Under the pieces are notes generated by a model, which saw only the letters and a list, made by a program, of their open reading frames with translations, made no database searches and had not been told where the DNA came from. A stretch of 60,903 bases of DNA, counting the filler, from Sphacelaria rigidula (lineage: Eukaryota): assembly GCA_964200075.2 (NCBI GenBank). It is 8 parts of 8 records of this genome, joined end to end, with 100 filler letters (N's around TTAATTAATTAA, not from the genome) between each part and the next. Parts side by side here need not be neighbours in the genome. Positions count along the whole stretch, not along the records: positions 22,879 to 30,403 come from CAXNAA020014506.1; positions 30,504 to 38,028 come from CAXNAA020014507.1; 6 more parts are not named here. One strand, 5' to 3'. Numbering within the stretch: the stretch's first letter is position 1; every line of letters begins with the position of its first letter. The translations under genes were made by a program, and so were the position numbers. Of the stretch, positions 25,151 to 37,670 are shown piece by piece.

Positions 25151-27799
25151 GAGCTTTCTTTTTTATATGGTAAGACATACTATTCAAGTACAGGCAGTAT
25201 ACACTACGCGTTGTTCACGGCTGTGGCACGAAAAATAAGCGCCAGATCGCGTGTATTCTTCATCGTTCAACGCGTACTAGACACCACCGCAGGCGTTGTC
25301 GCGCATAATCGTTGCTACTATAATTCCGCGGTACTATGTGCGATCGAACCGATGCAATGGAGGCGAAACAGCAGTGTCGAATAGAAAGGGGTTCCATGAA
25401 CATGTTCAACATTAAGAGTGCTATGGAAGATATGTTTACGGGGAAGCTCAAACACGGTAGTCTGTCAGTGGTGTGCGTCCGGCTACGAGGACACATCGGT
25501 ACGCACCCATACCTCAACCGCACAGCACCCGAATCAGTGCACTAGCTTGCGGTATGCCCGCAGAGCTCTGACACTGATTTGCTTGCCCAAGTGATGGATG
25601 ATCTCGTGTTGGGGCATCCTGAGTGGAGCACGCAGTCCTATGTAATCCATCTTTACTATTTTGTTAATACAGGACCAGCTGGTTCACCATATGAGCGACA
25701 TGCTTAACCTTGGGCGAAGACGACTTGGTACTCGCCGATTTGTGCTGAAACACCGACGGTTTCGATGCCCTGCTTCTCAGTAGATATTCGGGTGCTCAGC
25801 AAGCTAGAAACGCGGAACCGCGAAGATTGTATTTCAGTCTGATCTAATGCAGATGATGCAGAGATTTGCCACACCCCGATTAGTCGTGTGTGCCATGCGA
25901 GTGCCGACGACGGGGATGTGCAAGTTGAGGTATAACTCTCCAGCGCGCATTTTCCTTCAAAACCACAATCTGAGCACCGCTATAGCAATATTTTCTCCAC
26001 ATCTCATCTCCACCTCTGCGATTGACGCCTGCCCACCTACGGAGAGATTTCAACCCTCTTTTTCGAAGCGTCCGAGACGCGATCTTAATCTAAAGGTAAG
26101 ATTGATCAAATGTGCCACAAACTGTTGACAAGATAAATTCAAGGCGGTTTCTTTTTGGGCCTGTTTTAAATTATTTCAAAGGTTGAGACTTCGAACATTC
26201 AACGGCAGTTTTGGCCCTGAACCAGGAAATATTGCCGCATGTTCGGATACTGTGGCATCACCGTCACACAGGGTGGAGCCCTGATGTATATTTTCCGATT
26301 CGCTGGTACCTGCAAATCCCCGGATGGAGATCCACATTTCTCCACTTGCCAGTTGCACGTTTGGCAAGCAGCCACTTGCAAAAGCTAGGTGTGTGATGAG
26401 TCGGGCAAGTGATCAGACTCTTCACAGTCACGTCGTTCAGGTCGTGTTTTCACCCATAACTATCCAAAAATGGTATATTCCCTTAGTCCGTTCGTTCCGT
26501 TTTGAGGCAAATCTAATCCAGGTTCACACAGAGAGATAATCGTAATCGAGAGAACGGTGACTTTAATGAACCCACTACTACAGCACCTAGCTCGCCTACT
26601 TAGCAATCATTCACAGTGATGTCTCATAGCCTTTTACACCACGTACGGCTCTTTTTGTAGAGTAGGTGCCCTAGTCGCGCCCGTGGCGCGCCTGACCACA
26701 GATTCGCTTGATTGGACTGTAGCACTTTTCAGACACATGAATCAACCTCGATTGAACGGGAAATCGGTTCCGTGGGGAATGCTCAACGTCAGGACGCGCG
26801 GAAAGTAGGGCCGAATCGGGAGTGTTTGCAGAGTTTGCGATGTTGTGACTCGCGTGAATACGAAAAAGTTCCCTTCTCGTTCGCTTCCTGCTGGATCGAA
26901 CCCAGCAAAAAGGCATTGTGTTCAGTCAACCATAAGCTACATATCGTAATGCCTTTCTTTGTACCTCGAGCAGTAGACTTCGTACGGTGGTGTTGTGGTG
27001 TTGTGTGAATCCTTTCTTCAGGTTTTTAACTGCTCCGCTGGGTCGCTACCAAAACTGCCATGATACCGATTTTGTTCTCATTCTTAACCATTAGACCGCG
27101 AAATTAGTCTTTCTGGATAATGCATACTTTTTCTTCACTTGAAATTGATGCCGATTCAACAGAAGACTAACTTCGCGGCCGAAGGGTCAAGGTACTTCGT
27201 CCTCGCCAAATTTCAGTACAAGAGCAGCAGGCCGCCCAATGGTTTGAGAATAATGACTGCGAGAGCATACGATCAACATCAGGAATGAACTATTGGGCCC
27301 CGCCAATCAAACGCACGCAAAAATAGCTTTGTTCCTCAAATCAATGAGAAAATGGTTCCTGAATTTGGGGTAGGGAACGCCAAGCGATCTCATCGTCAGT
27401 CCATGCGATGTTCCAGTGATGTTTTTGTTGCTAGTGGTGAGGAAAGTGGGGGGAGGGGGGATATCGTCCGAGTTGCATTTTGGCAGGAAACGGGAGGCGA
27501 ATGCTTGTGAACTCTACATACGTACACGTCACCTTATGCCATAATCTTTACCCTGTGACTGCACCACGCCCCCACACCCCTCTTCCCAAACGAGACCGTG
27601 ACTTGAACCCCGGTTGGTCCCATTACCTTCCCACGCACCCATTATACTGTAGGGGGGCGCTGTCAAACATACCAGAACGTAAATATTACAAGAAAAACGA
27701 ATCAAAACGCCACAAAACCCGGCATGAACAATCTACTTCGAAGCGGCTGTCGAGGCACTGATCAACAAGCAACAGTAGGGCAGAAGAGCCGCGACTGAC

Positions 27800-28648
27800 C
27801 TTATTCATCGAGCTTTGAAGGTGCTCCTGCAGCCCATCCCAAGTATCGTGCCAAGCACCTTCCCCTTCCTTGATAGTTGGATCATCTGGGGAATAAAAAT
27901 TGAGGCCTCTGTACCGGTCCTGCAGTAGGTGTGTTAACGCCTCCTTCGCACGGACCACGGGATCCTCAACCGTCGGCACGTCTCGTCCCGCGGCAGTGAT
28001 CTCGATCCGCGTGGGCAGAGCGTCGGTGGGCTCATGTAGACAGATCAAGTAAGCAACCCCTCCGATCATAAAAGATGCTCCCTTGTTCCAGCAAGCCGGG
28101 AAAAAAATATTTTTGCCCCGAAAAAATGATCCAATGAATTGGGCGATGATGCCGGGCGGTACGTACTTCGCCAGAATCTTAAAGGTGAACTGCATCCTGA
28201 CTCCCGTCGAGATCTTATTTTCCAGCTCGGAGAGTGTGCCGTCTGCTACGGTACTAGGTAACCGCGCCGGTACCATAAACTCTGTTGGTTCCCCTTCTTT
28301 CGGCCCGGATGGAAACATGGCACCGTAAGTTGACATCGTTTTCATCATGCGCCCGAGCGCCGTTCCATCAAGACCCGGCACATTTCGCCAAAGGAACCTG
28401 AGGTAGTGTTCCGACAGTCGACCGGTTTTGAGGAAACGTTGGTGGGTGGCTACTAGCTCGTTGAAGCGAAGGCCCTCTTCACGGCAGAACTTGCCCACCT
28501 CATTTTCCCACTCCTCGGTCTGTTCGACCTCAGTCAGGCGATGGTCCAACAGCTCTCGCAGCAGCAGGTTTATCCACGAAGGGTCTAAATGAACGAGGTC
28601 GCACTCGAACAGCAAGGTACCTCCGATTTGCCTCATGTTGAGTGCATC
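27800..28648 (-). CDS. ROCO exon: COR domain
   Basis: 849 nt, phase 0/0; LVHLDPSWINLLLRELLDHRL, YLRFLWR, FMVPARLP, YVPPGIIAQFI and CWNKGASF are typical COR motifs. Confidence 0.9.
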
Positions 28649-29231
28649 CTGTTCGCGTCCGGGATGTGTACACAATGTAGGCTAAGGATGACTGGCAAGA
28701 CTAATGTAAAGACGAAATGCCGCAGATTCAGAGCAAGAGCATACAAGGTGCTTTGGGTCGTCCTCAACGAGGAGGATGAGATATATTCACGAAATAACGG
28801 GATGCCCGACTTTGTTACACCTCACATCCGTTGTGCGCGTCTATCGGCCAAAAGCGTTGTTTGGCGTGAATACGTGCGTCATGTTGATCCCAAATACACC
28901 CAAATGAAGTTCGACGCCTGCCCAAAAATTTCCAGTGACCGCGTGGACTCCTTCGTCCAAGAAGTGGGTCTTACCTCCACCCCCCCGCCTCTCTCTGGCC
29001 AATCGTAGGATCAATCCCCACTCATACATGTGAAACCTGTTGGCGTCATATACACACGGCACTGGGAAACTGACCTTCGCTTACACCATGGAACCCGATG
29101 GTGGAGCCTTGCTGGTAATCAGCTGGATGGAACAGAATGACTGCATCTGCTACAACCACGTGTGTACCAGTACCAGGGATCCGACAGACTTCAAGGTATG
29201 ATTTTCCGATGTAACGGCAAACATTGCTTAC

Positions 29232-30020
29232 CACTAGAACACGCTCTTCGTATTGCGAACTTGCACCCGCTGTTGCCGTTTTGCCACCGGAGCGAAAAGG
29301 CCCCAAAACCTTCTTCAGGGCCTTCTTCACCGTATTCTTGAAAGCGAAACGCTTACCAATGCGCCCTTCGAGCTCGGTCTCGAGGCCAAGCTTTCGTACC
29401 ACCGTCGACCATGTCTCCAGTGCAAACTCCTTGGTGACGAAGTTGTGCTTCAAGTATCCGTCAATGGGCACGACAGGATCACCATACGACAGTACCGCCT
29501 CGGCGGGCTCCCCACCCTCAAACAAGGCGGCTGCCATTGCCCACACCCTACGCCACGACGTCGGGATTTTTTGGCCGACATTGGGGAACAGGCGTTTGCC
29601 GTCCTCATCTATCTCGGCTAGTCTGCAGATCTCATTTCGTAGACGGTCGAGATCTTCCTTGCGATATCCGGAGGCCTCCACATAACCGCACACTGTGAGG
29701 GACGGGGCTGTCCCCGCAGGATGGTCAGGACGCTGTTCGGTAGTAGGTCCCGGCGCTTTTTCAGTGCCCCACTCTTCACGCTTGAGCTCCAAATGCTTGT
29801 TAACTGCCTCCTTCAGGACTTCTAGGGCGGTCGAAACATTGGCGCCATCCCCGCTGAAGCCGTCTGCATGGGTTGCGACAACGAGGACTGCGGATCCAGG
29901 CACCCGGCACAGCAAAGCGTCTAGCCAGGTGTACACTGCTTCCCCTCGATGAGAAATATCCTTCTGGAACTTGAGCAGGTCCACCACCAGAAGCTGCAGA
30001 GCTCCTCGGGTTAAAAATAT
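29232..30020 (-). CDS. ROCO exon: C-terminal half of the ROC GTPase and start of COR
   Basis: 789 nt, phase 0/0; IFLTRGALQLLVVDL, WLDALLCRVPGSAVLVVATHAD (ROC G4 THxD), GQKIPTSW; the P-loop and any LRR exons lie beyond the contig end. Confidence 0.9.
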
Positions 30021-30337
30021 CTGGTTGAACAGTGCAAATACACCCAACATATCGCGCCAACGGAATAGGCACGTCAATATAGTGTCCCCTAGACAGTGTT
30101 CGCAGTACTCCGGCAGGCTGTCACCGACATCAACTCTACATGGACAATCCACAAATCTTGGGTATGGCCAGCAACCGACTCTGCGGACTAACCTTAAGTC
30201 AATATCAAGAAGGAATAGATCATGCACACCAATCGTGTGCTCGAATGTAGTACTGAGCGTGCACTTTACGACCGTATTTGCAATGCAAACACCCCGATGG
30301 TAAGAACAGCGGTTGCAACTCCAGGAGGCTAATACTC

Positions 30338-30403
30338 ACGGTTAGGACAAATCATCACGACTCAAAATCACCAAATTCACGATTTCTTCGGTCTGGTTGC
30401 CCA
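30338..30403. repeat. Repeat family C fragment; longer copy begins at ~35468
   Basis: AATCATCAC..AATCACCAAAT.CACGATTTCTTCGG.CTG.TTG.CCA is shared by the two sites. Confidence 0.75.
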
Positions 30404-31461
30404 NNNNNNNNNNNNNNNNNNNNNNNNNNNNNNNNNNNNNNNNNNNNTTAATTAATTAANNNNNNNNNNNNNNNNNNNNNNNNNNNNNNNNNNNNNNNNN
30501 NNNAATCATGCCTTCTCCCCCGTACTTGAGAAACTCATTCGCTATTCCGCCTGCCCCTGCTGCCTTTTTGTTCTTTAGTTCAGCCAGGGGGGAGGAGGGG
30601 ATGTAGCACTGTTGGGACCTTGCTCCGGGCTGGCAGGTTCCGGTTCTATACTAGATCCTATATACTCAATGCAACTAAGCTCAACGACAAGTCACTTGAT
30701 TTTAGACTGAGTTGAACGGGGGAGAAGAGTAACTTCACTTGCAGAGCACACCCAAGCACAAGCACGAAAAACAAAACAGCAGTCACGGTCTCGGCAAGTC
30801 TTTGTTTGGTGCTGGGCTTGAAGTACGCTGTGTAAGCGTACATAAACCGCTTGATTCTTTGCTTGATGCAACCTGATCATGAATCCTAGCAAACCCAAGC
30901 GAGTCAAATGACTAGAGTTCGGCACCCTAACACCAGAATAAGCAGAGCCAAAGGTTATAACATATAGACATAGGTGGTGCACTTGTTTCTGTTCCGATTG
31001 TCCTATACAAAAAAATATGAAAATAATGAAAAATAAGTATGCTGTGACCCACAGACGTTGCGAAGGTTACATATACAAAAATTACACATAAGTAGTGCTC
31101 TTGTTTCTGTTCCGATTGTGTCCCATACTAGAATGTATATGAAAACAATCCCAACTGCACCGTCTGTGTATCACTATACCCATGTACATATGTCATAACC
31201 TTTGAGCAGAGCCAAGGACTTTTCGCAAAAACGCGGCGAGACTAAAAACTGAAACCGTCAAAAACGCGGTGGGGGGAACCGGGTTGATTGAGTTGGGGCA
31301 AAAGATCGAGGCGGGGGAGAGGGACAGTTGCGACGAACCACAAACCCTTCACCCGTCTGTGACCGCAGCAACCACTGCAACGGCCGCACTATTGTGGCTG
31401 AGAGGGTGTAGCCGGAGGATCTGCGTAATTTATTTGGCGCAATCATTTTTACTTGCTTGCT

Positions 31462-31499
31462 TGAATCATGTTGAATCATGTTGAATCATGTTGAATCAT
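31462..31499. repeat. 10-bp tandem repeat (TTGAATCATG), about 4 copies
   Basis: Direct observation. Confidence 0.85.
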
Positions 31500-32289
31500 C
31501 AAAGAACTAGTGATGAAATAATCGAAAACAACACTCAACACTGCTCACATCATTGCACACCATCAAAGTTTATTATTGAAACACACGAACAAACCACGCA
31601 CGGCTCGTGCGCGTCGTTTCGACAAGATCTTGCTGATCAACTGACGCTCAAAGGCTGATAAACAGGTGTCTCCTTTGAGAAGAAGAAAAAAATCAAATCA
31701 GGAGCTGCTGAGAGGAGGGGGGGTAGTGTGGGTCCAGGAATATTTTTCATGCGCCCTTGCTCGATCTGATAGATCCACGGCATTTCTGTTCTTTGAAGGC
31801 TTCAACTCAAATTTGTAATTAGTGGTGCGCGGAGTAAAAGTATAAAGCAATGAAGCCAAGCCTTTTCGATGGAAAACATGCGACCGAGAGGCACGAAGCG
31901 GCACTTGACCCCTATCTTACAGACCACCACGCCAGATAGCACCCGTTCACAGAACCATGTAAACTCGATCTAACTTATTCTCAGCTACCACCGCAACCCT
32001 GCAGCATCGAGTACGAGTTGAGCACAGGCATATATACACTGGATTAGTTGGGTGTGCTTTGTTGAATTTTTGTTGGCGAAAACTCGTACATCTTCTTTCA
32101 TGGTGGTATCAGCGACGGAACTGCGTGGTACGATGGGCAACCGAGTTGCGTGCACGCTCATGGACAGTGCAGTCAATACTAAGCTGCACGTTGTTGAAGT
32201 CACTTACACGTTGCATTGTACGCAGAGAGAATTGATAGTCCTGGGCTGTCTGCATCGCACGTTGCCCGGCTCTTTCTGAAATCCTACTG

Positions 32290-32530
32290 TACGAAACACG
32301 CACCCACCCACTCAAGACACATTGCAAGCAGTGCAGACAGCACAGAATGTCTGTACTGTACAAGAGTGACTACGTACCGTTTCACGAATTCCGCTGTCTT
32401 TTTTCGATCGAAAGCTTGAAAATTCGCTTGGACCGAACCCGACAAAAATGAGCGATTTTCGCTCAAATCAATTCCACCGTCCCATTTTTTCGAATTTTTT
32501 TTCGATCGAAAAAATAAGGTGTTAAGATGA
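32290..32530. repeat. Dispersed repeat related to ~41600-41770 and ~42010-42060
   Basis: GAGTGA..A.GTACCG.TTC.CGAATTCCGC.G.CTTTT and TTTTCGATCGAAAAAA occur in both contigs. Confidence 0.6.
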
Positions 32531-33721
32531 GCGTTTTTGAGTTACGCAACGAAAATTTGTGCAACTGTTCCTCGGGCTACTTCAGGATATGTATATATGT
32601 TCAATCTTACGTTGAGGCATGCGATACCGCCCTCAGGGGGTCTTGACGCTATTTGGCACCACCACCTACTGAACTGCCAAGTTTTAGGATGGTTGAAGCT
32701 ATTGTACAGCATATACTAGGAAACCGTCCGGAGACTTTCGGGTTCCTCGGTGTATATAATCAGTGCCAACATCACCGCAATATCACGATTTGGGATATCC
32801 GATCCCATAATCACCGTTTTCAATTTCGTTGTTTTCGTGAGATTCCCGAGCTGAAAGCGATTGGTTACCCTGATTTAAAGCCTGTGAATATTGGGTAGAA
32901 ACTGTGTGTGTTGTGTATTGTGTGTTGTATTGTCATCTCATCTATTCTGGACACCAGTCGACACCGTTCGGTATATGTAGGCGCATCAGCCGGGATCACA
33001 GGAGGAAGGCCAACACAAGCACTTTTTCCCCTTTTCTTTTGGTACTCCACCGTCCTTCTGCGGTGCTTGCTTTTATTTTTTATCGCGAAAGGGTTCAGCG
33101 GTCCCATTTCCTCATCGACCGTGAAGTCGACGTCTGTGAAAGTGTTGGGGATTCGATTTTCATTACCTAGCAACTTTCAGGTCGCTAATTCGTCGGGACA
33201 CGTTCTCGCCCGTAGCGCCACCGTTATTGCTTTGAACAAAATTCTGGTTATGCCACCCTCTCCAGCTGTCCATGACGATCAGTTTCATACCATGCATTCG
33301 ACTTTTTGGTGGGGACTGCGAAACGCATTTCTTGCTGAATATAGTTGGGGCGATAAGGATGAAACAGTCTTAGAGTCGGATTTTCAAGGAAATGTCGAAA
33401 ATCCACCGTTTTCACGTCTGACGTCAAGACCCATTCAACAAGCGACAACTCGGAATAGCCACGCGAACAACTTGAGAGGCCTGACGCATAAATGAGTTTG
33501 GAAAGAGGTGACGAGATTGAAAATATATCGTTCAATGATTCGTTCGAATGAAATTTCGGTAGTATTTATCAGTGACCACGGTATCAAAGACTCGTCCGCG
33601 GGAAGAGGTGGGTTGAGGGGGGGGGGGGGGGGGGGTTGAAAGCACGATGGAAAAACGGAAAAACGCACAATTCCAACTCTCCCATCTTCCCCCTCGCGCG
33701 CCCGCCCCCACATACACCCAG

Positions 33722-34373
33722 ACAACTTTGGAATGCCGCTGATGGAGTCAAGGCCCCGCCGCCGCCACCCCAACAACACCAGCATTATGCAAATGCTCAA
33801 CATTGGAACAATGCAAACATGAACGGTGGATTCATGCAGCAGCAATACCAGCATGGGCATGGCCGCGGTGGAAGGGGGAGGCGGGGGCCCCAAGGAGGAC
33901 AGTATGGGCGCGGGCACCATCGGATGCCGCATCACAAGCATAGTAATGCGGGTGAGATGATGCTAGGTCCGCAAAACGGCGGCGCGCTTCCTGGACTTGC
34001 TGGATTTGCTCAGCAACAGCAGCAACTTCGGCAGCTACAGCAACAGCAGGTGCAGCTGCGGCTTCAGCATATACAACAACAGCAGCAGCAACAGCAGAAC
34101 CTGCAGCAGCAACAGCAACAGCAGCCGCAGCAGCAGCAGCAGCCACAGCAACAGCAGCAGCGGAGTTTCCAGAACACACTTCCTCAAGTTGGTGGACAAG
34201 GAGGACAAGGGGTGGTTCCCGTAGAAACATCAACTACTCAAGGTCGAGGCCGAGGTCGAGGCCGAGGGCGCGAGATGCGGCCCCGAGGCAGAGGCGGTGC
34301 TCGTGGTGGCCGCGGGGGGCGTCAAGGACACAGACGAGGACGGCGAGGGGGGCGGGGGGGGGGGAGAGGGTGA
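33722..34373 (+). CDS. Probable terminal exon encoding a low-complexity Pro/His/Asn, polyQ and RGG tail (gene unidentified)
   Basis: Pyrimidine-rich tract then CCCAG acceptor; open frame with a mixed CAA/CAG polyQ tract and GRGRGR/RGG repeats ending at TGA 34373. Confidence 0.7.
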
Positions 34374-34632
34374 AGGGGGCATTGTACGTACGGAGGCCAC
34401 TCATCTGAGGTCCGTCCGTCGTACAATTTTGTTGCTGGCTCTTTCACGACCAGGGGAGAATTCAAAGTTCCCCTGGGTGTTGGTATCGTGCGCTAAAACG
34501 AAGTTTCCGACGTGAACCGAGATCCTGATGACATGTTTTCATAGACGTAACCGTTCGGTGGTGAGGTACGGTAGTCGACGGGATACTCGTCGTTCACTTC
34601 CTTATCGCCGTGCGATTTGGCGCCCATGAAGG

Positions 34633-34634
<2 letters not shown>

Positions 34635-34670
<36 letters not shown>

Positions 34671-34678
34671 GCTGCTGT
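34635..34678. repeat. (CTG)n microsatellite
   Basis: Direct observation. Confidence 0.9.
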
Positions 34679-36321
34679 TGTCGCAAGGTTGCTGTGCCTT
34701 GAGGTTGATGTACGTCGCCAGCCTGACGTCCATAGTCCCTTAGGCTCGTTCTGTTGTTTGGTTTGTACTGTATCCATTAACTCTCTTGTAAGCGGCAGAG
34801 AATGGTGCAAGTCTAGGCTGAGTCTCTTCTACGGTAGGTGGCCACCAGAGTGCAATTTGGAGACAGGTGATTCGACTTTTGTTGTGGCTTCCCTGCTGGG
34901 CAGGATCGGACCCTCTCATGAAAGAGGCAGGGACGGAAGCGAGTGTTTGAACGTGCGCTTCAATTGGCGTGCGCCGACGCGACTCTACTTTTTCAGTTTT
35001 TTTTTATGAGTGTATCTGAAAGCGAGCGTTGAGCTTTGCTGTTAGTACGTGGAGGTGGAGTGCACGTAGGGATAGCCAACCGCGCGGTACTTTCGCAGAA
35101 ACTTGGTCTTATATCGTTTTCTAATCTGTGTATCATTTTTTTTTGCAGCAGAATTTCTTTGTAGGTAGATGTGCAGAAAGACTAGTGTAGACAGGGTGGG
35201 TGTAGTATGTTTGTTGAGGAAACAAAGAGTAACTGTGTGGGTCAGAACGAAGCGGGTAGCAATTCTGCAAACAAAATATAACAGTTGTATCGATAACTTT
35301 TCCTTCCAGGTCAGATCCAGCGTATCTTCAGCGCTCATTTTTGATCGTACCGACCACTGCTTGAAGCTGAGATTTTTTGTTCTTCATTTCAGGGAGGGGA
35401 TGGAGGACGTGATCTTTTGTTTCCTTCATCGGAGGATATACATACAGTACGGAGGGGGCTAAAAATTTCACGTTTGGGGCGAATCATCACAATTACGAAT
35501 CACCAAATCCACGATTTCTTCGGCCTGATTGTCCAAAAGGGAGAAAAAAGTTGCCGCTGGTCCAAGGGGTATCCACGCGACTTTTGCGCCATTCCACCTG
35601 TCTGGGCTGCGTGTACCAGGGTTGCAACGTTGAAAACAAAGCCTAGGGGTTGATTCGTACGATTCGAATCAATTATACTAAAACCAAGTGATTTCCAGAC
35701 GAATCATTATTTGTCCCACCCCTTGAAAAAAATTGCACACGTGGGATAGCTCATGAGAACGTAAACATTTCTACTTGTATACTGATCTGGATCATGAGCT
35801 AGTTCGTTTGAGCCCCTTTCCCATATTTACTCACTGCAGCACTTGACGCCAAGAATGCGGAGTAGCGCAAAGGTAGCGCCTTGGATTTTCGGCCCCCACC
35901 AGGGTGAGAAAAACTCCGCAGGCGGGCGCCGAAGGCGACATGCGGCCCCCCGCAGGGCCCACCGGAGGGCGCCGGCCGCGTTGGCCTCCCTCCGGAGGGG
36001 CCCCGCGGAGCGAATTTTGTTGGGGTTTTACTTTCAAAAAGACGCCCAGATTTTGTCAAAATGGGGCCATTCCGACGGTATGAGCCTCGCGGCGAAGAAA
36101 AGCACCCCCCAAAACATTTTCGCCTCCGGCGAAGAAGTGCGGCCCAAAATGTTTCCCTGCGGCAAGAAACAGAGACACAGTCCCAACAGCTGCGCATCGG
36201 CCACTATTTCCTAATAATCTGTGCCAGCGCAGGCCCGCGTGGAGTTTCTCTAACCCTGGCCCCCACTGTCACGTAACTATTGTTTTCAGGACAAGGGGTG
36301 TGAGAGTCCTCTTCGAACAGT

Positions 36322-36770
36322 TAACACGAGATCTTACAAATTGGGGATGGATCCTTGACTGCGGATGAGAAACCCGGAGAATTGAAACCTTCGTATCCAT
36401 ATCAAATCTTCGAAATATGGTTCCAACTCTTCACCTACTGATAGCTATTGACAACTGCTACACGCCATAGAAATTTGGATTTCGCTCACCGAAATGTTGG
36501 GGTCCCAGGTGCAAAACCAATTTCGGAACCATGTTGGCGTCCGTTCGGACACTCGAAATTCCCCACAATGGTTGTTTTTCACCTAGGACCCCAACATTTC
36601 GGTAATCGAAATCCAAATTTCTATGGCGTGTAGTAGTTGTCAATAGCTACCAGTAGGGGGAGAAATGGAACCATATTTCGAAGAGCTGGTGTGGATGCGA
36701 AAATTAAAATTCTTCGGATTTCTCATCCCCAAGCGAAGATCCATCCCCCAATTTATAAGATCCCGTGTTA
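36322..36770. mobile_element. ~450-bp foldback (MITE-like) element
   Basis: TAACACGAGATCTTACAAATTGGGGATGGATC..TAGCTATTGACAACTGCTACACGCCATAGAAATTTGGATTTCG.. mirrors ..CGAAATCCAAATTTCTATGGCGTGTAGTAGTTGTCAATAGCTA..GATCCATCCCCCAATTTATAAGATCCCGTGTTA; arms ~200 bp. Confidence 0.88.
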
Positions 36771-36773
36771 GTC

Positions 36774-37670
36774 GTGAAATCGATACGCCCGACGATCGGA
36801 GCATGCTCATGGACCATCTATGTAGCCCGCCGGACTCCAATGCCAGCTTGCCGTCCTTGGATGCAGCGGGAACGACAGACAAAACTTCTCAATCACCACT
36901 GCCACGCGTGGGGACAAGGAGCAACCCTCAACTGGCAACAAATCCGAGTGCGGGTTCGTCGAATACTCGGTCTCGCGCGTACCCTGCGTCGCTTGATCCC
37001 GATTTTTCTCCCTTTGCTAAGGCCAATCTTGCAGATGTCTGTAATGAAGGATGGTGTATGGTTGTCGAGTACGCCTACACTGCTGCCAACACCCAACTGC
37101 ATGGTCACCTGGACTCCGATCGTACAATTGCGATGCCTTCGACTTCCAAGGAGGCCATGAACTCCCTGAGGTTGATACACGGAGGGAAGCCACGAAGTCG
37201 GAATTAAAGAATTTCTTGACCATTGTTTGAGTTCTTGGATTTGTGGCCGGCTGAGGGTTGCTCCGTGTCCCCATGCGTGGTAGTGATGGTGAAGCTCCGC
37301 CTGTCGTTCCCCCCGCATCCAAGGACGGCAAGTTGACATCGGTGTCTGGTGGGCTACATAGATGATCGATGAGGATACTTCAATCGCCGGGCGTATCAAC
37401 TTTCACCGAAGGATAAGGAAGAGACAGAGAGAGAGACAGTGGACGCGCGCGAGTCTAGTTTCGATGCGTGTTAGTGGAAACCCCGTAAACGGTTTCTGAC
37501 TCGGCTCTCTATGCCGACTGGGAAAATAACCCGGCCAACGTCATGTACACTTCTTTACACATCACCATGCTGTTCAAGGCTCCCGTCAGCTTCAAAGTGG
37601 GATTGCAGAGCATGACATCCCAGTCAACCAGGAAAGAAGCGGAATTCGTGGCTGCGGCACTAGTAACAAC
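36774..37670 (+). pseudogene. Ty1/copia pol debris with an internal inverted duplication (36774-36945 / 37237-37406)
   Basis: MPSTSKEAMNS (pre-RT motif) at ~37133 and RNase H-like YADWENNPAN..APVSFKVGLQSMTSQST..EAEFVAAAL at ~37509-37665. Confidence 0.75.

Noticed and set aside
9045..30020. Apparent cluster of pseudokinase, RAD50 and ROCO as an immune/repair system
   Set aside because: The three genes lie on separate contigs joined artificially by size-sorted concatenation
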